A stretch of DNA of 64,000 bases. Source: Macrostomum lignano. Taxonomy: Eukaryota. Shown here piece by piece: positions 1 through 13,484 of the stretch. The DNA is taken from the NCBI GenBank assembly GCA_002269645.1, contig NIVC01003091.1, forward strand, positions 55,860 to 119,859, given 5' to 3'. Each line of letters begins with the position of its first letter. The stretch's first letter is position 1. A model generated the notes under the pieces. It was not told where the DNA came from, made no database searches, and saw only the letters and a list, made by a program, of their open reading frames with translations. Position numbers and translations under genes: made by a program.

Positions 1-330
1 AATAACGGGAGAATAAACACACCAAGAACGGGAGAATAAACACACAATAACAGGGGAATAAACACACCAAGAACGGGAGAATAAACACACCAAGAACGGG
101 AGAATAAACACACAATAACAGGGAAATAAACACACAAGAACGGGAGAATAAAAACACCAAGAACGGGATAATAAACACACAATAACAGGAGAATAAACAC
201 ACAATAACAGGGAAATAAACACCAAGAACGGGAGAATAAACACACAATAACAGGGAAATAAACACACAAGAACGGGAGAATAAACACTGCAAGAACCGGA
301 GAATAAACACACTACTGTGAGAATAAACAA
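1..330. repeat. ~23-bp minisatellite with two interleaved variants (AATAAACACACCAAGAACGGGAG / AATAAACACACAATAACAGGGGA), running off the window start
   Basis: Unit is directly visible about 13-14 times and decays into A-rich sequence after ~330. Confidence 0.9.
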
Positions 331-486
331 TACAAAGAGAAGATAGACACAAAAGAACGGAATAATAAACACACGAGAGAAGAAATAGAAAAGTAACTAA
401 GAAAAACAATATAGAAATACAATAGAATACAAAACAACAGTAGAAATACAATATCAATTAAAACGTAAAGCATAGCATAAACAAAA

Positions 487-849
487 TTAGAATAGCTGGG
501 ACCTCACCAGAAGCAAATCGACCAATTCAGCTCGATGAGCCAGATCAGACACGCACAGAGGCAACTCTCGACAGATGAGAGGTAGCGGCCGACTAGTAAC
601 CGATCCCGACACTGCAACAGTCTGCCTGCCGCGCCAGACGTACAGACTGCGGCCAAGAACCATACTGGCCCAGCCGCGCCTGTGCAATCGAACACTGCAC
701 GGCTTGCCGCGATTCTCCGCTGAGCGAATCGCCTCGGCAACTAATACGGGAAAACCGCTGCCGCTGCCGCCAGAAGTTGAGCCTGATGGCAACGCTTGCA
801 ATTGGCCAGAATCTTCTTCTAACATCTGGCTCAAGTTGGCTGATTGCAT
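487..849 (-). CDS. Possible terminal exon or small ORF of unknown function (120 aa)
   Basis: GC-rich open frame in AT-rich flanks, with an acceptor-like TTTCTTTAACCATGCAATCAG at its 5' end; no recognisable domain. Confidence 0.3.
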   Translation of the reverse strand: MQSANLSQMLEEDSGQLQALPSGSTSGGSGSGFPVLVAEAIRSAENRGKPCSVRLHRRGWASMVLGRSLYVWRGRQTVAVSGSVTSRPLPLICRELPLCVSDLAHRAELVDLLLVRSQLF

Positions 850-958
850 GGTTAAAGAAATTGAATGGCATAAATTAGCGTTTTAATAATTGGATATTTT
901 AGGTAATGTATTAAAAATTGTAATGGGATTTTTTTAGCCATAGTTGTAGCTCATGGAT

Positions 959-1150
959 CATACATGCGCAACCCCCCTGATGTACACTGGCCGTGTGACT
1001 TACATTTTGACCCAAAATGCGACTTACCTATGAAAGAGGTACCTAAATGCCACTTACCTAAACAAAATAAACGTAATCTTGGGTAAACGGCAGGAGTAAA
1101 AGTACTGTATTATTAAGGCTAAATTCCTCGTCATCTAATTAGTATTACGT
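959..1150 (+). mobile_element. Truncated copy of the CATACATGCGCAAC hAT-type MITE family
   Basis: Starts with the same TIR and follows the 9561 copy (TTGGGTAAA.GGCA.GAGTAA...GTCATCTAATTAGTA.TACG) for ~190 bp; the second TIR is absent. Confidence 0.7.
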
Positions 1151-2699
1151 TTGTAGTCTACCACAAAAAACCATCCAGTTGTCTCAGGAAAGCCTTTTTG
1201 TAACACAAGCAAGTCTACAAGTGTTTCCTCTGTTTTTCCTTTTTAACACATTTTTCTCCTATTCTATTCATTTATGTGCATGTGCAAGTATGTATAGAGT
1301 ACTAGAGTATTAGTGTATACAATTCTACTGACACAATTAAAACTCAAATTTTAGTAGAATTTCTGCCATTTAGCCTCTGAGGCATAGAAGACTGAATGCT
1401 TGTGCTGAACGAGGCCAGCTGCCCTTCTACCTTCTGAACTGGTTGCTTCATGAAGAGGACCATCTGGTCTTCATGGAAAGCAGACTGTTAGAACAAGGCG
1501 CTGCTTGACGAGTTGAATGACCAGCTTATCTTAAGTACCAGATGAAGTTTGCTTCACTCTGGGCAGAGTACCAAAATTGGTCTGTGTACCACAACGCAGC
1601 TGCTACATGCCTGTAGCAAACTGAATGTGCTATGATGATTTCAGTAATAATGAATGTATACATGCTCTACCCAAAGAGCAATTGACAATCCATACTATTC
1701 ATTTATGCTATACAAGCTTGTGTGTATATATGTAAAGGTCAAAAATTTATATATGCTATATACCTGCTACTCTACATGTACATATATATGTATACATGCA
1801 TGTGCATGTAATTTTTCAAAACCAATAAAGTGCATATATACTAAAGGCACAATTGTTTTCCTGATCTGACTTTGACTTTGTTTGTAAAGCAAAATTATAA
1901 GTAACTAACCATTTAGCTAGGTTTTCAATTAGAAAGTAGACATTTTAAGAATATATGATAGATGGGTATTTTTAAACTGTGTGAAGGATTTTAAATTTCC
2001 ACCATTTCTATGGTAATGGTCATGGAGTTCTATACTAAAGATTTGTTTGAATGTGCGGTGCACCTACTGTCCCCTCCTCTTATTGGTTTTGGTATAAATA
2101 GAAGCAAATTTTGCAGCCAGAGAGGCCAACTTCTTTTCTCTTTTCAACCAATCTTTTGGTTTAAAGTCAATTTGCCTAGAAAATTAAAGAGTTGTTTAGT
2201 CTTTTGCTGAAACTAAGAGTGAATGCTCATTGGACAGGTAGAAGTTACCAAGAGTACAAGATGAACAGTCTAACAGCCGATAGTGGACTTAAAAAGAGCA
2301 GAGGCATAATTTAGCCAATTGACAAGGGAGAAATATCCCAATAGAACTATTCAAACTGAACAGCCAATGGGAAGTCATATGTGACCAGAGCAAATCTGTA
2401 AGAGGAAATTGAGATTCACTGGGCAACCTCAATCTATTGGAGGGCACTGCTTTAGGACTTAGTCACCTCTCCCTCTTCCCTAGCTAAATAATGTCTTGCT
2501 GCTCAGGCACTGCACGCTACTAGGGCAATCTGTGCTTATGTCAAAGCCTATAATCTCAAACTTGTGAAAACGTATCTTTACTATTACTAGTTTATAATAA
2601 ATCTAATAGCTAATTTTGTGGAATTATAAAATTATAACAATTGTTACCCTATAACAACTTAGTGTCAGCATTAAGATAAAAGTGTTTTAACTATACTAG

Positions 2700-2999
2700 C
2701 ATACATGCGCAACAGTCGGCCAAGATGGTCGATCCGGCTGACTGATTTGGTAGCCAACCAAGGAAGTCGCAAAAATGCCCACCTGAAAAAATACCCAAGT
2801 AATAAAACTAAGTAGCTGACAAGGCATTTTGGCTTAATAAGACAGTCATAAATACTCCTGCCATTTATCCAAAGTTGCGTTAATTTTGCTTTAGGGTTTT
2901 TTTTACATGTAAGTCGCATTTTTGGCCAAAAACTACGTCGCATTTTTGTTGAAACTAAATTGCATGGACAATCAAAATTTTGGAGGTTGCGCATGTATG
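2700..2999 (-). mobile_element. hAT-type MITE, 300 bp, full length
   Basis: TIRs CATACATGCGCAAC ... GTTGCGCATGTATG; perfect 8-bp TSD TATACTAG (2692-2699 and 3000-3007); reverse orientation relative to the 9561 copy. Confidence 0.92.
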
Positions 3000-5900
3000 T
3001 ATACTAGACCAGTAACAACTTGGTAATTGCAGTGGAATTTATAGAATAATAAACCCCCCCCTAGAACAACTTGGTGACACAGTGGGATAGAATACAATAA
3101 TAGTAAAAAGGCCTACAACATATATATGTACATTTAATTTTGCTAGATGCATTTAAGGATTCTTAAAACTATTCCTATTTAAACTAAAGAAATAAGGTCT
3201 TCAGAATTCAATATCTGAAATACCTAGATAAAAAAACATGCTAACCTTTCCAACCAAGTCAAAAATATATTTCAATGGTTTGTTTTTTTTTCTTTGGTAA
3301 TATATACTTAGTATCTTGGCATAGAACTCTAGCCATTGCCTAGGCCTAGTATCTTACGACTTACAGATTAGCTAAATATGAGATTATGGAATACAATTGA
3401 AATTCAATATGAATTAAAATATAATTTTGAACATACGAGTGGACTGACTAGGCCTAGGCCTATTCTGCATTAAGAAAATACAAAAAAGTTGCAATTTTAG
3501 TAATTTTAAGCACTTAATTTTTAGTTGTAGGTAGTAAGTAAAAACTAGGTCTAGGCCTATTAAAATTCAAATATATAAAGTTAAATAAACTATAGGCCTA
3601 TTATATTATTCACTGAAGTGGTCATTGCATTTGCCAAAGTGGATTCTCTGAAATAGTCTTTTGCCAAAATGGCCTTTGCCATAGTGGGCTTTCGCCGAAA
3701 TGGACTGAAACCCTATGACTAAAGAAAGTTTAAAAATTTAAAATTAGTAGAAAAAAATATACAAGTTTAAATGTTTCATAACAAACTTTACTAAAAAAGC
3801 TATACACTGTCAAGGTAGGCCTAGTCAAGGTATCCACACTTTTTGGTGCTTGTGCTTTTAGGTGCCTGTCATTTTGGTGCCCTGCCCCTAGCTTGCTTTT
3901 CAGTGCCCAAATTATACATTAGAATTGGACACAAAATATAGAGATTGAGCCCTAATTTAGCAGTAAGTGCTTTGTCTTTGCAGTACTTATTTACTTTAAA
4001 AAAAGGTATTAAGTATTTTTCATTTAGTTAAGCTGACCTGTTTTAATTCAAAAAATGGTTTTCGATTAGGCCTAGTTCGATTCGATTTACTTCCATGTCG
4101 CTATAGCCGCGCGTCTCAGCCGCGTCAAAATTTTAAACTAATGTCCCAAATGCGCTTGTAATAAAATCTTATAGATTATGGTCCAATAGTTATGCCCAAA
4201 AAGATTTCAGTTCATTAAATAATACTCGCTTCATTTCCTTGGCAGTTTTATGAAATAAACATGATCGGGTGATTCAAAAAATCAATACTAACTAAAATAC
4301 ATGTCACATTGACTTGTCACACTTCATAATTTCGATCAAAACTACATGTAGCATCATTAATGGATTTCAACTTTCCTAACTACGTCTTCATAGCACTAGA
4401 ACGCTTGCTGAGTGCAGCCTTGTATTATACAGCAGGATACAGCAAATGTATGCAATTAAATTGAACGGACTTTTCCAATTTACAGAAAGGTGCCAGTTAA
4501 ACAAAATTAATACTGCTTTTATTAGGAACATCAAACGTTTTGTAAAGTATTTATTATATTTGTTATAGGATTTCTTTTTTATTATAATCAGTTTGGCGTC
4601 ATATAAACTGGGGCACCGAAAAGCGATCTGGGGCACCGAAATGCCGGGCACCGAAATGCATGGAAACCGGAGTCTTGAAACATTAGATTAAAGAGTCAAA
4701 CATTTAATAACTTTAGTTTTACATCTATTGTACAGGGGTTTTAAAAGTCGAAACGATTTTTCACGATATTTAAACCACGTTAAGCTGCAGTTATATGACA
4801 AAACTTTTGTTGTTGAGCATGCATGATGAGTACACGATGACGGTGTCGTCGCGAAATTTATTTTAATCGGACCTTTGTAACATTTGATCTCGCGCTCTTC
4901 ACTCTTACTCTAAACAAATTCTATTTTTTTTAATTCAAACTTAATGCTTCGCGCTACTTCATATATTGTACAAACTTATGCTCAAGTGACGACGATGTCA
5001 TATATTACCCTTTTAATCTTTTTCTGAAATTCGAATATGTTGAATAGCTTTGAGATGTTCCTTCAGATCACTACTTCCTTCTTAAAAACCTCATCAAAGG
5101 CAATTTTGTATGTACATTATTTTTTACAGTCGCCGTGTAACCTTCCATGATTATGAACGATGTTAGGTCCTTGAGTATGACAGGGCCGTGAGAAATTTCT
5201 TAATTGATATTACTGCTACGAATTTGATTATTTAGTAAATTAAAAAACGATGGAAGTCTTGTCAGAGTATTTTCACACAATATTGGCCAACACGCAAGAC
5301 GACGCAGTCTGACAGTTGATAGATATTTGTGCAGCAAAAAATGATTTTTTTATTCGAATGGTCGACTTTAATGGCCATACAGGAGTGTTGGCTAAGCTAA
5401 AGTATGAATTTAGTTTGATAATAAAAAAACAATACAAGTATAACATTTTTGATAAAGTTTTTAATAACAGCTGGGGACAGACACCAAGGAAATGATTATT
5501 GTAGAATATAATAATAGACAAAATTGAAACTGGGGTCTCGCGAATTACAGGGAGATAGAATCAAAAGGGGAGACAATAAATTATTTAATTTCGTACAACA
5601 GCTGCCAACAAGCGCAATGGGTATTGGGAGAAAACAGTATCTAACTCAGCGCAAATTAAACAAAAGAAACGAAATACAAGATATAGACGGAAACAACAGA
5701 TATAGACATGTTATTTTGGTATTTTATATACGTTAATTTTAACCTGTCTTCTCACTATAGTATCTAGCTAATTATCAACAACGAAAAATAGAAGTTTTAA
5801 TTTAACAAAGATGCAAAAATACGAAATACCCTTTGTCCCTAAGTAATAATTAGTAATAACCAACAATATCAATAATTAAATTTTAAAGTAATTCTTAAAT

Positions 5901-6938
5901 ATGATCTTGTTTTGCGACAAGAAACATCCTTGTATAGCTTACCCATATATGAACTCTATACTCGTATTAACAAACAACATGTACGCGGTTATCCTATACT
6001 AATACAGAATGAAAAAAGTAAAATACAAAAATTAACCGGGCCAGACAACTTATACAATATGTATTTTTTTTAATATTGGGCAGATTATAACCATATGCTA
6101 CTGTTATGTAGTTAGGTATATCAAAACTGCATGGCTTTTACCACTAAATGTTAACATTCTTACTTTAAGTAGGCAGAAAATTAACCAATATTTTTATTTG
6201 CATTTTAACTGCAACTTAATTTTTTAATGTATTTGTAGCAGAGCCTCACCAACTATTAAACTAAACCCAATCTTTGACGCGTCTTTTACTTTCTGATACA
6301 TTTTTTTAATAAAGCAACAAAGAAAAAAGAAAAAATAACATAAAGATGTAAACGCATAACAATATGACGCAAACACAATAAAATAGTAATAGAAGTTTAA
6401 AAAGAACCAAAAAACAAATAACTAGAATTAACCAAACTTCATTGTTACGGTACAAATACGACCTACTTACAATATCTGACCATTTGAAAACAATAAACGC
6501 GTTAAAAAAACACTTTAAGAAAACGCATTATAACAAAGACGTGCTAATAATACTACCAAGATTAACTGGTTTGGGCTACTACTTTACTAAATATATTAAA
6601 CCGCGTTGACAACAATATATTTTTAAATTAAATAGATCAGTTAACAAAAACTGGCTGTTAATACTCGCATGCTCAGACTACAGAAACAGAAGCAAACATA
6701 ATAGTGCAGCTTGGCTCTACAGACCTAAACAGATTAAAATATTAATCACTTAAAACCTTTTGTTTTTACAGAAAAGTACACAAATATAAGAAAACCGTGA
6801 CAGAGCAGGACAGATGGATAGGACAACAATTTTTTTAAATAAATTAAAACAAACCCAAATTAAAGTGTTTTCCAAATTCTTAAGTTTTTTGCAAATCACT
6901 TTTCAAAGGTTGAAGTTGTTTGTCTAGATTGCTTTTAT

Positions 6939-7901
6939 TTAGTCGGTAGCCGCAGCAGCGACAGCAGCAGCGACAGGTAAGTCGACCTTCTTAGTCTCGA
7001 CGCTGGCTCCAGCATTAACCTCAGGGTGTTCGCCTCCATTATCGGTTCCGCCATTCAGACTTGACGAGATTGCCTTCTCAGCAGCTTTCGACTGCTGCTG
7101 GCCATTCACTGAGTCGCCAGTGTCGCTGGTTTTACCGTTGGATTCGGGTAGCTTGACATTCGGCTCCTCGTTAATAACAACTGGCTGCTCTTTCAACATG
7201 ACTGGTTTAGCTTCCTCTGTAGTGACTACTGGCTTCTCTGGTTTATCAGTAGTATTATTATCATCATTGTTACTAGCATTTGTAGCTATCTGTGGCATCA
7301 TGTCTAGTTTAGTTACATTGTTGGCTATTGGCTCCGGTGCTGTTGGCGGCTTCTCTACTACGGGATTAGCGGTGGTAGCTTCCGGTTCCGGTTTTTTAGG
7401 TTCTTGTCCGGGTTCCTTAGCCTCCGGATCGGGTTTTTTAGCCTCCGGTTCGGGTTTTTTAGGCTCCGGATCGGGTTTTTTAGCCTCCGGTTCGGGTTTT
7501 TTAGGCTCCGGATCGGGTTCCTTAGCTTCCGGTACAGGTTTCTCAGTTTCCGGTTGTTCTTTAGCGACCTCTTCAATCTCTGTTGGTTTCTCTTCCGCCA
7601 CTGGCTTGGCCTCAGTGGTGTCCATTTTCTCTTCCGGTTGCTCATTCCCATTGGATTGTTCAACAACACCAGGCTGGTTGTCTTCAATTTCATTCTGCTG
7701 CTGCGGTTTCTCCGGGCTCAACGAAGTTTTTGCCTTCTTAGTTGGCGATGCGCGCGATTTTTTCGGCGACGGTTCGCCAGCAGATGATGCGGCTGGAGCG
7801 GTAGACGCCTGCGGCGGCGCCTCCTCTTCTTTGGCAGCCAGACGCGATGAACGGCGTCGGGGCTCGGTAGGCTCACCAGCTGATCGCTTACCACGGGGCA
7901 T
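6939..7901 (-). CDS. Intronless 320-aa disordered acidic, Pro/Lys-rich protein with an HMGN-like N-terminal motif (MPRGK...EPRRRSSRLAAK)
   Basis: Long GC-richer ORF with ATG at 7901; basic N-terminus, E/P/K-rich repeats and acidic tail; long AT-rich region downstream. Confidence 0.8.
   Translation of the reverse strand: MPRGKRSAGEPTEPRRRSSRLAAKEEEAPPQASTAPAASSAGEPSPKKSRASPTKKAKTSLSPEKPQQQNEIEDNQPGVVEQSNGNEQPEEKMDTTEAKPVAEEKPTEIEEVAKEQPETEKPVPEAKEPDPEPKKPEPEAKKPDPEPKKPEPEAKKPDPEAKEPGQEPKKPEPEATTANPVVEKPPTAPEPIANNVTKLDMMPQIATNASNNDDNNTTDKPEKPVVTTEEAKPVMLKEQPVVINEEPNVKLPESNGKTSDTGDSVNGQQQSKAAEKAISSSLNGGTDNGGEHPEVNAGASVETKKVDLPVAAAVAAAATD
7381..7540 (-). repeat. Coding tandem repeat, 21/42-bp unit encoding PEPKKPE/PEAKKPD
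   Basis: Repeated GGTTTTTTAG(G/C)CTCCGG(A/T)TCG units inside the ORF. Confidence 0.9.
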
Positions 7902-9560
7902 CGTGCAGCGCAACTGTCTAATATGTATTGAAAACCTGACTTTGATTGGTTTGGATTTTTAGATTTTTACTTAGTGTTGCTAAATCAGCTGGAATATCGA
8001 TGAAGATTAAACTTGACTATCGAATTTTTAAAAACAAGAAAGCAAAATCAAAAAGGGTATAGCCTATTTAGTCTATGGTCAAGGCTGGCTTACTCTCAAA
8101 TGTGACCATAATACTTGAGTTGAGAAACGAAGTCTAGTGCTGCTAGATAGTCTAGACTATAAATAAACAAAATATAAGCAAGCTGCCCACAAACCTACTT
8201 ATATAATTATATAAGTTACTTATATAAGTTCAATAGATTGAAAACTAAGTGCATCACTGGCACACAGTTTGTTCTCCTACCCCCTGATTAACCAGCAAGA
8301 CATCTACCTCATAGCTATACACACACTGTCTATCTATATGTGTATCATTTGTGTCAGCATGCCTGTCTTAGTTTGGGCCTAAAAGCCCACAAATACAAGC
8401 TATATGGGAAACCCAAACCTTCCATTTTAAAGTCTTGGCTTTTTCTGCTACTTAGGAGCAGTTCAGTTGTTTTTTGCTTCTTGTGTGATGCAAAGCAAAC
8501 ATTTATGACTTGATATTTATATTCATTGTAAATATACTAGAATATCTGGGTAGCAAAGGCTATTGTAACAGTTTTATCCAATGGCTAAGATACACTAAAT
8601 ATTAGGCTTATGCCCTATATATGCATTCATTGTGAATTTTTCATACCTAATAGTCTAGAATGCTTTTTATTTTATTTATATATCTCTTATTAATTTAAAC
8701 AGTAATATTTACTACCTAGTTATATATAATAATCTTTTGAAACCATATTTTTATTTGTTATCCTCACCTTCATAAACCTAAAATGAATCTACTAAGAATT
8801 GTGTAACCTTAATTTAGGCTTATTATAAATATATCTAACATGCAATGTCTGTGCCTTATCTACTACTTTTTTGTTGCATGTTTAATAGATGAATAATACA
8901 TACATACATAATAAGGCAGGTACACTTTTACACTACTGTCAGTAGTTTTTGCTAGGGGAATAATTATGGCAGGGATAGATCATGAGTTTGGGAGTTCCTT
9001 ATAAGTATCAAACAGTTGAAGCTTGTGAAAAAAAGGTTTCTAGTCTTGAAGATTGTTAGGTAAATTTTAACCTAAGAAAAATAAAAAAAGATAAGATTAG
9101 GAATATGGTTAAGAATGTATAAAACTACTACTAGTAGTCTATGCTAGTAACAAATAGGAACTAGTAATAAACCTATTTTATGCTTATTTCATTTATATCT
9201 TTGAGTAAATAATCTTGGTTTCTAGGGAATAGAATCCCAGGATCCTGGTGTACAACAAGGATAATTGCCATTTTTTAGCATATATCCTAGTATATATAAT
9301 ATACATGACATGTATATGCATACATGATATACCTTAAAATATATTATACAAATACAAAAGTGTGCAACTTTGATGTATATCATGAAAACTTTTTGTTTAG
9401 TCCCAGCATACAAAACAAGGTCCTATACTTTTTCATGGCATATACAAATATACAATTCAAACTAGGGATAATAGGTAATTTTATTATCCGAATAAATTAT
9501 CCTAATAAGCCTAGGCCCCATAGGCATAGTTTGGATTGTGAATTAGTGTATACTAGGTCC

Positions 9561-9864
9561 CATACATGCGCAACCTCCAAAATTCAGTTGGCCGTGCGAC
9601 TTATTTTTAACAACAAATGCAACATACTCGTAGTTTTTGGCCAAAAATGTGACTTATCTGTAAAAGAAACCCTAAAGCAAAATTAACACAATTTTGGGTA
9701 AATGGCAAGAGTAACTACGACTGTCTTATAAGGGCCAAATGCCTTGTCATCTAATTAGTACTACGTCTGTATTCTTTAGGGTGGGCATTTTTGCGACTTA
9801 CCTTGGTTAACCACCAAATTGGTCGGCCGGATTGGCCAACTTGGCCAACTGTTGCGCATGTATG
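9561..9864 (+). mobile_element. hAT-type MITE, 304 bp, full length
   Basis: Same TIRs as the 2700 copy; perfect 8-bp TSD CTAGGTCC (9553-9560 and 9865-9872). Confidence 0.92.
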
Positions 9865-10170
9865 CTAGGTCCAGTGCAAGAAAAAATACAATACCTTATT
9901 TATATACTGGGACAAAAAATATCTTTGATACAATATTTTGACTATGCCATATATGCCAAGATATACATTGATAGACACTGCAAAATGCCAAGTACCTTTG
10001 TTATATGCTAGGAAATCTTGGCATATGTTTTGGTTATAATTAAAATGAGGTCACAATTCACTTTGTCAATTCTAAATACTATTATCCATACCAAATAGTC
10101 ACTTCATCAATTATAAATATTGCAACCCCTATTAATTAGATTTAGATTTTAATTAATTAGACCAAATGAT

Positions 10171-10858
10171 CTACCTGCCGAGATTCGACTTCGAGACGGC
10201 GACGGCCCCGGGACGGCGCTCCCGAAGTGCCTTCAGTTCGTCTACCTCGGCAGACTGGTGCCAGACGTCGGTGACGACCTAGCGAGATGGCGCGGCAAGG
10301 CCTGGGCTGCCTTCTGATCTGTGCGGGCGGTGCTGCTCTCCGAGGCCCTGTCCGACGGCGCCAGGTCCCAGCTGTTCCAGGCAGTTGTTGAGACCGCCCT
10401 GCTGTACAATGCTGAGACCTAGACGCTGACCGGGGCGCTTGAGGCGCAGCTCGACGCGGCGCATGCGGCCCTAGTCCGCGCCACTTTCGGCGCCCGCTGC
10501 GGCCCTGGCAGCGAGACAACCGAGTCCCTGTACAAACGCACAGGCCTGATGCGGCCTTCTACCCTGCTGAGTCAGCGGCGCCTGCGGCTTGCCGGACATG
10601 TCATCCGGGCCGAAGCCTACTGCCCAGAGCCGCTGCAGGACGTCCTGATGTGGACCCCGCAGGGACCGCGCAGACGTGGTCAGGGACGGTCAGCTCGCTA
10701 CGTCGACCGCCTTTTTGAAGATGTGCGAGCACCCAGCCAGACGGCCAGTGTGAAGCACATTAGAGACCTGGCTCTGAAACGGACGATTTGACGCTCCCCC
10801 TTCTTGGCCACTCCCGTGGCTGGCGTGGGGCGTAACTATTATTATTATTATTATTATT
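10171..10858 (+). mobile_element. 5'-truncated non-LTR retrotransposon (RTE-like), RT thumb/C-terminus with two in-frame stops and a (TAT)n tail
   Basis: Translation ...FVYLG...LFQAVVETALLYNAET*TLT...RRLRLAGHVIR...RRRGQGR is typical of LINE ORF2 C-termini; (TAT)n at ~10837-10858. Confidence 0.85.
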
Positions 10859-12465
10859 AACCCCTACCAAATTGTCACTATTAACCATTTGATAAAATGT
10901 CAGTTGACCAAGTGACTAGCAACATCTATGTCCCTAGTTCCTTCAGGTTACATTTATAGATATGCAGTTATAAGCTATATAATATAGGTATACTCCAGGG
11001 GCAGAAATAACTTGACAAAACATATTGCGCCCCCTAAAAACCTAAATTTATATCCTTTAAACATGATTTTTTGACTCTAATGAATTTTTTGCACCTTTAA
11101 GCTTGACATTTTTGCTTTCTACATGATTTTTTACATTTTAAGCCTTTAAACTTGATGTTTTGCCTTTTTTATACTTTTTGCACCCTTTAGCTTAAAAATT
11201 GGTATCTTTATACTTGCATTAGTGGTTTCTAGTCATTTTATAATTTGCCATTTCATCATTTAGGGTGTCTGGGGCCATAGTCAGGATCATGTCATGGTAT
11301 ATGCCAGAATAAAGTCCCCCCTAAAAAATCTATGCCACTTTATACTGAAATGTACACCAAGGTCTTAGGAACTTATGCTAGGTTTTCTAAGCTTTGCGAC
11401 AATAAATGACCTTTTTGTGTGTTATACATTTTTGCCTACTTTATAAACACCTCTACTTTATCTGCTTCACTCACCAAATACAGCACACTAGTTAACATCA
11501 TATTTTTTAAAGTTTTTTTAGAAAATTACACAATTAGTTTGCGTGGAAATTTTAATTTTTATAAATCACAATGAACTTTCATTTATGAACTTTTATCTTA
11601 CAAGTTTTACGGTTTTTATGATTTACGCCACGGTGTCACACCAAAAGGTACACCAAATATATATATTTTGCCTCATTTTTTACACCAATTGTATGCCAAA
11701 AAAAGTAAAATTTTCAATTGTACACCAGAAATTTCTGGCCTAATATATATCATCCTGACTATGGGTCTGGGGTGCTTACTTTGACTAAAATCAGTTCATT
11801 ATCTTAATTAGTATGCACTAGGGGGCCTACCTTAAGAGAGTCATTTCATCATCTACCAATCATATTAGTTCCAACTTCAAGTTTGTTTGATTGATTAGTT
11901 GATGACAAAGTAGGCCTATCTAATATAACTAAGGCAGTTGTTATTTGTCCGGTGACCAGACAAATAGCGATGTAGTTATTTGTCTGGTTACTGGATAATG
12001 GCCATGCTTTCCCGTTTATCTGGTTAATACTAGACAAATAGGCTTTTTATTTTTGTCCAGTTAAATTGATAATGCTAAAATATCTATTTTATAAAAACTA
12101 CAAGGGTGAATATTCCTAGACTCCTAGACTATACCTAAATATTTGGTCACTTTATCATATTATTTCTCAAAGCTGTTTTGCTTTTGGTCACTTCATCATC
12201 CAGTAGGCCTAGGCCTATGACAAAATCAAAATGGAATATGATGATCTGACCAGTGACCATGTTGGCATCCCAAACTTAGACTGCCCCCCTCCCAAAATGA
12301 AACTCTAGATCTACCACTGATATGCCCTAGGCCTTATAACTATAGGTATAGGGCCTAGGCCACCTAGGGCCTAGGGGGGGGGGGAAGGCTAGGGCCTATT
12401 AACTAGGCCTAGTGTTAAATATCATAGATAGAAACTTAGTAGGCACCTAGGCCTACTCAGCTGTA

Positions 12466-12729
12466 TAGTAGAGGTCGGACGGGATTGAAATATTCGGACG
12501 GGATAGGGATCGGGATATCGGGAAATCGGGATCAGGTCTTTTAGTGTATTGTCTAAAGTTAAACAAAATTGAGAAAAGATTGTCAAGATCAAGCACAACG
12601 AATTTGATATGACCTAAATAATGTAACGAGTACAAGTTAAAGCAAAATACCTTCAAGTAATCACTAGACCTGTTCCCGAATCTCGCGGGATTCTCGTCCC
12701 AGCCCATAGGCCTCCCGTCCGAGCTACTG
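12466..12729. mobile_element. Possible degenerate MITE with imperfect TIR core TCGGACGGGA
   Basis: TAGTAGAGGTCGGACGGGA at the left and TCCCGTCCGAGCTACTG at the right; no TSD found. Confidence 0.4.
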
Positions 12730-13197
12730 AATAGGCCTAGAACTAGAATCGCTAAGCAAATGATAGGGCCTAAACCTAAAATAAAGTGTGAGCATAGCCC
12801 ATAGGCCTAGCTACTGCTAGTTACTACTGTAGGCCTACGCCTGCAGCCTAATGCTCATAAAGAGTGACAGTGAGACTAAAAAAAAAATCTTGACGCCTGA
12901 GCTGAGCCTGGTTGGACCAGGCTGAAACTGAAACTGAACCGAAGTGGAAGTGTTCAGTTTTTAAGAAGGGTTAAAAATATATGCACAATTATAAATTATT
13001 TACATTTAGACATTTTGAAGAAATTATGGATACGATACATAAAAATATATTTATACTTTACTAAACATGCGCACAGGCTTACTGGATTTTGCCTTAAATA
13101 GCACAGCCCTTACGCCAATAATGCAATCGGACAGATGAAGACAAAAACTAAGAATCATTGATAAGTCATAAGTGTTAGGCCTATTATTATAACAGAT

Positions 13198-13208
13198 AAA
13201 TGGCGGCC
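13198..13208 (+). promoter_or_regulatory. YY1-like motif AAATGGCGGCC upstream of the MYCBP start codon
   Basis: Matches the AANATGGCG consensus ~280 bp 5' of the ATG; motif match only. Confidence 0.3.
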
Positions 13209-13484
13209 GACAGCTCGTAAAAATATATTTTTTTAAATCTTTAAATTTCTTAATCTCAAAAATAAGACTTAAATTTGTGTAACTTAGTTAATTTTCTGAA
13301 TTTAAGCAGCAGTTTGCTTTAAATTACTTATTCAATATTTACAGTTTTGTTTTAACTCATTTACAATAGCAACGCAACATAGAAATTAAATTCGTAAAAT
13401 AGTGCATTTTTTCTTGTGATGTAAACAAATTTCTACAGTTTATGCGAGTTTAAAAGAGTTTAAAAGAGTTCTTACAAAGATACA

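Noticed and set aside
4980-6600. Short decayed coding-like frames in AT-rich DNA
   Set aside because: Multiple stops and no recognisable motif; part of the region may simply be the 3' UTR of the 6939-7901 gene.
7120-7962. 280-aa plus-strand ORF and the other overlapping ORFs
   Set aside because: Antisense or alternative-frame shadows of the repetitive 6939-7901 CDS.
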